DNA of 64,000 nt from the human T2T-CHM13v2.0 reference genome, Homo sapiens. The notes below the pieces were generated by a model, which saw only the letters and a program-made list of their open reading frames with translations, did not search any database and had not been told where the DNA came from. Within the stretch, counting starts at the first letter, position 1, and the number at the start of each line of letters is the position of its first letter. A program made the position numbers and the translations under genes. The stretch lies in NCBI RefSeq assembly GCF_009914755.1, contig NC_060933.1; one strand, given 5' to 3'. Shown piece after piece: positions 55,751-64,000 of this stretch.

Positions 55751-57869
55751 CGGGTTGATTCCATTCCATTGCATTCCATTCCATTCCATTCCATTCCATT
55801 CCATTCCATTCCGTTCCATTCCATTTCATTACATTCAGATTGATTCTATTCAATTCCCTTACACTCCATTATATTCCAATCCGTTCTGGTTGTCTCCATT
55901 CCATTCCATTCCATTTCACTCCATTCCATTGCACTCGGGTTGATTCCATTCCATTCCATTCCATTGCATTCCATTCCATTCCATTCCGGATGATTCCATT
56001 CCATTGCATTCCATTCCATTCCATTCCCCTGCACTCGGGTTTTTTCCATTCCATTCCATTACATTACATTCCGTTCCATTCCATTCCATTCCATTCGGAT
56101 TGATTCTATTCAATTCCCTTACACTCCATTCCGTTCCATTCCATTCGGGTAGTTTCCATTCCATTCCATTCCATTCCTCTCCATTCCATTGCACTCGGGT
56201 TGACTCCATTCCATTCCATTCCATTCCATTCCATTCCATTCCATTACATTACATTACATTACATTCCGTTCCATTGTACTCGGGTTGATTCCATTCCATT
56301 GCATTCCATTCCATTCCATTCCATTCCACTCCATTCCATTCCATTCCATTCCGTTCCATTCCATTACATTCGGATTGATTCTATTCAACTCCCTTACTCT
56401 CCATTACATTCCATTCCATTCGGGTTGTTCCATTCCATTCCATTCCATTCCACTCCATTCCATTGCGCTCAGGTTGATTCCATTCCATTCGATTCCATTC
56501 CGTTCCATTCCATTCCGGATGATTCCATTCCATTGCATTCCGTTCCATTACATTCCCCTGCACTCGGGTTGATTCCATTCCATTCCATTCCATTCCATTC
56601 CATTCCATTCCATTCCATTCCAATTCTTTCCATTCCATTCTATTCCGTACCATTCCATTCCATTCCATTCCATACAATTCCATTCCATTCCATTCCATTC
56701 CACTCCGTTCCGTTCCGTTCCGTTCTGTTCCGTTCCATTCCATTCCATTCCATTCTATTCGGTTTAATTCTATTCCATTCCATTCCATTCCATTCCATTC
56801 TATTCCATTCCATTGCAATCGAGTTGAATCCATTGCATTCCATTCCATTCCATTCCATTCCATTCCATTCCATTCCGGAAGATTCCATTCCATTGCATTC
56901 CATTGCATTCCATTCCATGCCATTCCATTCCATTCCATTCCATTCCATTGTACTCGGGTTGATTCCATTCCATTGCATTCCATTCCATTCCATTCCATTC
57001 CATTCCATTGCATTCCGTTCCATTCCATTCCATTACATTCGGATTGATTCTTTTCAACTCCCTTACTCTCCTTTACATTCCGTTCCATTCGGGTTGTTCC
57101 ATTCCATTCCATTCCATTCCACTCCATTCCATTGCACTCAGGTTGATTCCATTCCATTCCATTCCATTCTATTCCATTCCATTCTATTCCGGAAGATTCC
57201 ATTCCATTGCATTCCATTCCCTTCCATTCCCCTGCACTCACGTTGATTCCATTCCATTCCATTCCATTCCATTCCATTCCATTCCTTTCCATTCCATTCC
57301 ATTCGGATTCATTCTATTCAATTCCCTTACACTCCATTACATTCCATTCGATTCGTGTAGTTTCCATTCCATTCCATTCCATTCCTCTCCATTCCATTGC
57401 ACTCGGGTTGTTTCCATTCCATTCCATTCCATTCCATTCCATTCCATTCCATTCCATTCCGGATGATTCCATTCCATTGAATTCCATTCCATTCCATTCC
57501 CCTGCACTTGGGTTGATTCCATTCCATTCCATTCCATTCCTTTGTGTTCCATTCAATTCCATTCCATTCCATTCTATTCGTGTTAATTCCATTCCATTCT
57601 ATTCCATTCCCTTCCATTGAAGTCGAGTTGATTCCATTCCATTCCATTCCATTCCATTCCATTCCATTCCATTCCATTCCGGATGATTCCATTCCATTGC
57701 ATTCCATTCCATTCCATTCCCCTGCACTCGGGTTGATTCCATCCCATTCCATTCCATTCCATTCCATTCCATTCCATTCCGGAAGATTCCATTCCATTGC
57801 TTTCCATTCCATTCCATTCCCCTGCACTCGCGTTGATTCCATTCCATTCCATTCCACTCCATTGCATTC

Positions 57870-60800
57870 CATTCCATTCCTTTCCGTTCCATTCCATTCC
57901 ATTCCATTCCATTCCAATCCATTCCATTCCGTTCCGTTCCGTTCCATTCCATTCCATTCCATTCTATTCGGGTTAATTCCATTCCATTCCATTCGATTGC
58001 AATCGAGTTGATTCCATTCCATTCCATTCCATTCCATTCCATTCCATTCCATTCCTTTCCATTCCATTACGGATGATTCCATTCCATTGCATTCCATTCC
58101 ATTCCATTCCCCTGTACTCTTGTTGATTCCATTCCATTCCATTCCAATCCATGCCATTCCACTCGTGTTGATTCCATTCTTTCCATTCCATTCAAGTTGA
58201 ATCCATTCCATTGCATTCCCTTCCATTCCATTCCCCTGCAGTCGGGTTGATTCCATTCCATTCCATTCCATTCCGTTCCAATCCATTCCATTCCGTTCTG
58301 TTCCATTCCATTGCATTCCATTCTATTCGGGTTAATTCCATTCCATTCCATTCCATTCCATTCCAATCGAGTTGATTCCATTCGATTCCATTCCATTCCA
58401 TTCCACTCCATTCCAGTCCTTTCCATTCCATTCCACTCGGGTTGATTCCAATGTATTCCTTTCCATTCCATTCCATTCCACTGCAATCGAGTTGATTCCA
58501 TTGTTTTGCATTCCATTCCATTCCATTCCATTCCGGGTGATTCCATTCCATTGCATTCCATTCCATTCCATTCCCCTGCACTCGGGTTGATTCCATTCCA
58601 TTCCACTGCATTCCATTCCATTCCATTCCATTCCATTACAATCGAGTTGATTCCATTCCATTCCATTCCATTCCAGTCCTTTCCATTCCATTCCACTCGG
58701 TTTGATTCCATTCCATTAGTTTCCATTCCATTTCGTTTCCTTCCATTCCACTCTGGTTGATTCCATTCCTTTCCATTCCACTCGAATACATTCCCTCCTA
58801 TTCCACTTGGAACTATTCCATTCCATTCCATTCCATTCCATTCCATTCCATTCCATTTCGTTCCATTCCATTCTATTCCGTATCATTCCATTTCATTCCA
58901 TTCCATTCCATTCCATTCCATTCCATTCCATTCCATTGTACTCGGGTTGATTCCATTCCATTGCATTCCATTCTATTCCATTCCATTCCATTCCGTTGCA
59001 TTCCATTCCATTACATTCGGATTCATTCTATTCAACTCCCTTACTCTCCATTACATTCCATTCCATTCGGGTTGTTCCATTCCATTCCATTCCATTCCAC
59101 TCCATTCCATTGCACTCGGGTTGATTCCATTCCATTCCATTCCATTCCATTCCATTCCATTCCGGATGATTCCATTCCATTGAATTCCGTTCCATTACAT
59201 TCCCCTGCACTGGCGTTGATTCCATTCCATTCCATTCCATTCCATTCAATTCCATTCCACTACAATTCGTTCCATTCCATTCTATTCCGTACCATTCCAT
59301 TCCATTCCATGCCATTCCATTCCATTCCATTCCATTCCATTCCGTTCCATTCCGTTCCATTCCATTCCATTCCATTCTATTTGGGTTAATTCCATTCCAT
59401 TCCATTCCATTCCATTCCATTCCATTCCATTCCATTCTATTCCATTCCATTGCAATCGAGTTGAATCCATTGCATTTCATTCCATTCCATTCCATTCCAT
59501 TCCATTCCATTCCGGAAGATTCCATTCCATTGCATTCCATTCCATTCCATTCCCTTTCACTCGCGTTGATTCCATTCCATTCCATTCCATTCCATTCCAT
59601 TCCTTTCCGTTCCATTCCATTCCATTCCATTCCATTCCATTCCAATGCATTCCATTCCATTCCGTTCCGTTCCATTCCATTCCATTCCATTCTATTCGGG
59701 TTAATTCCATTCCATTCCGTTCGATTGCAATCGAGTTGATTCCATTCCATTCCATTCAATTCCATTCCATTCCATTCCATTCCTTTCCATTCCATTACGG
59801 ATGATTCCATTCCATTGCATTCCATTCCATTCCATTCCCCTGTACTCGGGTTGATTCCATTCCATTCCATTCCATTCCATGCCATTCCACTCGCGTTGAT
59901 TCCATTCTTTCCATTCCATTCAAGTTGAATCCATTCCATTGCATTCCATTCCATTCCATTCCCCTGCAGTCGGGTTGTTTCCATTCCATTCCATTCCATT
60001 CCATTCCATTCCATTCCGTTCCGTTCCATTCCATTCCATTCCATTCTATTCGGGTTAATTCCATTCCATTCCATTCCATTCCATTCCATTCCATTGCATT
60101 CCAATCGGGTTGATTCCATTCCATTCCATTCCATTCCATTCCACTCCATTCCAGTCCTTTCCATTCCATTCCACTCGGGTTGATTCCAATGTATTCCTTT
60201 CCATTCCATTCCATTCCATTGCAATCGAGTTGATTCCATTGCTTTGCATTCCATTCCATTCCATTCCATTCCGGATGATTCCATTCCATTGCATTCCATT
60301 CCATTCCATTCCCCTGCACTCGGGTTGATTCCATTCTATCCCACTCCACTCCGTTCCATTCCATTCCATTGCATTGTATTCGGGTTAATTCCATTCCATA
60401 ACATTCCATTCCATTACATTCCATTCCATTCCATTCCATTCCATTACAATCGAGTTGATTCCATTCCATTCCATTCCATTCCAGTCATTTCCATTCCATT
60501 CCACTCGGGTTGATTCCATTCTATTAGTTTCCATTCCATTCCATTCCCTTCCATTCCACTCTGGTTTATTCCATTCCTTTCCATTCCACTCGAATACATT
60601 CCCTCCTATTCCACTCGGAACGATTCCATTCCATTCCATTCCATTCCATTCCATTCCATTCCATTCCATTCCTTTCCGTTCCATTCCATTCCATTCCATT
60701 CCATTCCAATCCATTCCATTCCGTTCCGTTCCGTTCCATTCCATTCCATTCCATTCTATTCGGGTTAATTCCATTCCATTCCATTCGATTGCAATCGAGT

Positions 60801-61615
60801 TGATTCCATTCCATTCCATTCCATTCCATTCCATTCCATTCCATTCCTTTCCATTCCATTACGGATGATTCCATTCCATTGCATTCCATTCCATTCCATT
60901 CCCCTGTACTCTTGTTGATTCCATTCCATTCCATTCCAATCCATGCCATTCCACTCGTGTTGATTCCATTCTTTCCATTCCATTCAAGTTGAATCCATTC
61001 CATTGCATTCCCTTCCATTCCATTCCCCTGCAGTCGGGTTGATTCCATTCCATTCCATTCCATTCCGTTCCAATCCATTCCATTCCGTTCTGTTCCATTC
61101 CATTGCATTCCATTCTATTCGGGTTAATTCCATTCCATTCCATTCCATTCCAATCGAGTTGATTCCATTCGATTCCATTCCATTCCATTCCACTCCATTC
61201 CAGTCCTTTCCATTCCATTCCACTCGGGTTGATTCCAATGTATTCCTTTCCATTCCATTCCATTCCACTGCAATCGAGTTGATTCCATTGTTTTGCATTC
61301 CATTCCATTCCATTCCATTCCGGGTGATTCCATTCCATTGCATTCCATTCCATTCCATTCCCCTGCACTCGGGTTGATTCCATTCCATTCCACTGCATTC
61401 CATTCCATTCCATTCCATTCCATTACAATCGAGTTGATTCCATTCCATTCCATTCCATTCCAGTCCTTTCCATTCCATTCCACTCGGTTTGATTCCATTC
61501 CATTAGTTTCCATTCCATTTCGTTTCCTTCCATTCCACTCTGGTTGATTCCATTCCTTTCCATTCCACTCGAATACATTCCCTCCTATTCCACTTGGAAC
61601 TATTCCATTCCATTC
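57870..61615 (-). repeat. Direct repeat of about 0.95 kb at ~2.79 kb spacing (~57870-58830 and ~60660-61615)
   Basis: Private variants present in both copies: GTACTCTTGTTG, CACTGCAATC, GTTTTGCATT, CCGGGTGATT, TTTCGTTTCC, CACTTGGAACTATT. ORF offsets are 2787-2792. Confidence 0.85.
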
Positions 61616-64000
61616 CATTCCATTCCCCTGCAGTCGGGTTGTTTCCATTCCATTCCATTCCATTCCATTCCATTCCATTCCTCTCCATTCCATTGCACTC
61701 GGGTTGATTCCATTCCATTGCATTCCATTCCATTCCATTCAATTCCATTCCGTTCCATTCCATTCCATTACATTCGGATTGATTCTATTCACCTCCCTTA
61801 CTCTCCATTACATTCCATTCCATTCGGGTTGTTCCATTCCAATCCATTCCATTCCACTCCATTCCATTGCACTCGGGTTGATTCCATTCCATTCCATTCC
61901 ATTCCATTCCATTCCATTCCATTGCATTCCGGAAGATTCCATTCCATTGCATTCCATTCCATTCCATTCCCCTGCACTCGGGTTGATTCCATTCCATTCC
62001 ATTCCATTCCATTCCATTCCGTTCCGTTCCATTCCATTCCATTCCATTCCATTCCGTTCCGCTCCATTCCATTCCATTCCATTCTATTCGAGTTAATTCC
62101 ATTCCATTCCATTCGATTGCAATCGAGTTGATTCCATTCCATTCCATTCCATTCCATTCCATTCCATTCTATTCCATTCCATTCCCTTCCTTTCCATTCC
62201 ATTCCATTCCATTCCATTCCATTCCATTCTATTCCGTTCCGTTCCACTCCATTCCATTCCATTCTATTTGGTTAATTCCATTCCATTCCATTCGATTGCA
62301 ATCGAGTTGATTCCATTCCATTCCATTCCATTCCATTCCATTCCATTCCTTTCCATTCCATTACGGATGATTCCATTCCATTGCATTCCATTCCATTCCT
62401 TTCCCCTGTACTCGGGTTGATTCCATTCCATTCCATTCCAATCCATGCCATTCCACTCGTGTTGATTCCATTCTTTCCATTCCATTCAAGTTGAATCCAT
62501 TCCATTGCATTCCATTCCATTCGATTCCATTCGATTGCACTCGGGTTGATTCCATTCCTTTACATTCCATTCCATTCAACTCCATTCCATTCCATTCCAT
62601 TCCGTTCCATTCCATTTCATTACATTCAGATTTATTCTATTCAATTCCCTTACACTCCATTATATTCCAATCCATTCTGGTTGTTTACATTCCATTCCAT
62701 TCCATTTCACTCCTTTCCATTGCACTCGGGTTGATTCCATTCCATTCCATTCCATTGCATTCCATTCCATTCCATTCCGGATGATTCCATTCCATTGCAT
62801 TCCATTCCATTCCATTCCCCTGCACTCGGGTTGATTCCATTCCATTCCATTCCATTACATTCCGTTCCATTCCATTCCATTCCATTCGGGTTGATTCTAT
62901 TCAATTCCCTTACACTCCATTACATTCCATTCCATTCGGGTAGTTTCCATTCCATTCCATTCCATTCCTCTCCATTCCATTGCACTCGGGTTGATTCCAT
63001 TCCATTGCATTCCATTCCATTCCATTCAATTCCATTCCGTTCCATTCCATTCCATTACATTTGGATTGATTCTATTCAACTCCCTTACTCTCCATTACAT
63101 TCCATTCCATTCGGGTTGTTTCATTCCATTCCATTCCATTCCACTCCATTCCATTGCACTCGGGTTGATTCCATTCCATTCCATTCCATTCCATTCCATT
63201 CCATTCCATTCCAGAAGATTCCATTCCATTGCATTCCATTCCATTCCATTCCCCTGCACTCGCGTTGATTCCATTCCATTCCATTCTATTCCATTCCATT
63301 CCCTTCCTTTCCGTTCCATTCCATTCCATTCCATTCCATTCCATTCCGTTCCGTTCCATTACATTCCATTCCATTCTATTCGGGTTAATTCCATTCCATT
63401 CCATTCGATTGCAATCGAGTTGATTCCATTCCATTCCATTCCATTCCATTCCATTCTATTCCTTTCCAGTCCATTACGGATGATTCCATTCCATTGCATT
63501 CCATTCCATTCCATTCCCCTGCACTGGCGTTGATTCCATTCCATTCCATTCCATTCCATTCCATTCCTTTCCGTTCCATTCCATTCCATTCCATTCCATT
63601 CCAATCCATTCCATTCCGTTCCGTTCCGTTCCATTCCATTCCATTCCATTCTATTCGGGTTAATTCCATTCCATTCCGTTCGATTGCAATCGAGTTGATT
63701 CCATTCCATTCAATTCCATTCCATTCCATTCCTTTCCATTCCATTACGGATGATTCCATTCCATTGCATTCCATTCCATTCCATTCCCCTGTACTCGGGT
63801 TGATTCCATTCCATTCCATTCCAATCCATGCCGTTCCACTCGTGTTGATTCCATTCTTTCCATTCCATTCAAGATGAATCCATTCCATTGCATTCCATTC
63901 CATTAAATTCCCCTGCAGTCGGGTTGTTTCCATTCCATTCCATTCCATTCTATTCCATTCCATTCCATTCCGTTCCGTTCCATTCCATTCCATTCCATTC

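Larger units (their letters stand above)
32951..64000 (-). repeat. Satellite III (HSat3) array in inverted orientation, ATTCC on the + strand (right arm; continues beyond the window end)
   Basis: Continuous (ATTCC)n with ACTCGGGTTG, AATCGAGTTG and ATTCGGGTTA, the reverse complements of the left-arm motifs. Same module vocabulary as the left arm. Confidence 0.97.

Noticed and set aside
307-63993. Hundreds of ORFs up to 423 aa (MEWNG repeats, IPFHS repeats)
   Set aside because: (GGAAT)n has no stop codon in any of the six frames and has an ATG every 5 bp. ORFs overlap in all frames with the same low-complexity peptide, so there is no coding signal.
1-64000. CRISPR-like repeat/spacer arrangement
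   Set aside because: The interspersed segments are themselves repeated, irregularly spaced and derived from the pentamer. There are no unique spacers and no cas genes.
1-64000. HSat2, telomeric repeat, alpha satellite or DYZ1-type periodic array
   Set aside because: No dominant CATTCGATTC pattern, no TTAGGG, no 171-bp monomer, and no regular multi-kb unit across the window.
1-64000. Perfect giant palindrome (fold-back read or assembly artefact)
   Set aside because: Module order is not mirrored around 32953: the left side approaches through B-A1 while the right side begins within module C. Read support should still be checked.

Overview
The whole 64 kb window is human-type Satellite III (HSat3): a (GGAAT)n/(ATTCC)n pentamer array interrupted by the diagnostic 10-bp CAACCCGA(G/A)T motif and its variants. 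I saw no genes, RNA genes, transposons or non-satellite sequence. All listed ORFs (MEWNG.../IPFHS...) are artefacts of a stop-free pentamer. The main structural feature is one abrupt strand switch at about 32,951-32,955. GGAAT is on the + strand to the left and on the - strand to the right, so the G-rich strands converge. The junction has 5 bp of microhomology (CGAGT), a 12-bp hairpin, an adjacent ~100-bp deletion and locally raised divergence. The array is a mosaic of a few in-phase degenerate-pentamer modules, with nested duplications from 30 bp to ~5 kb and no strict higher-order period. One recurrent module, GGAATCTTCCGGAAT, is a perfect three-unit heat shock element. The motif content resembles chromosome 9q12-type HSat3, but that assignment is from recall and unverified. 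I found no evidence for a novel protein-coding system. All counts and distances were read by eye.
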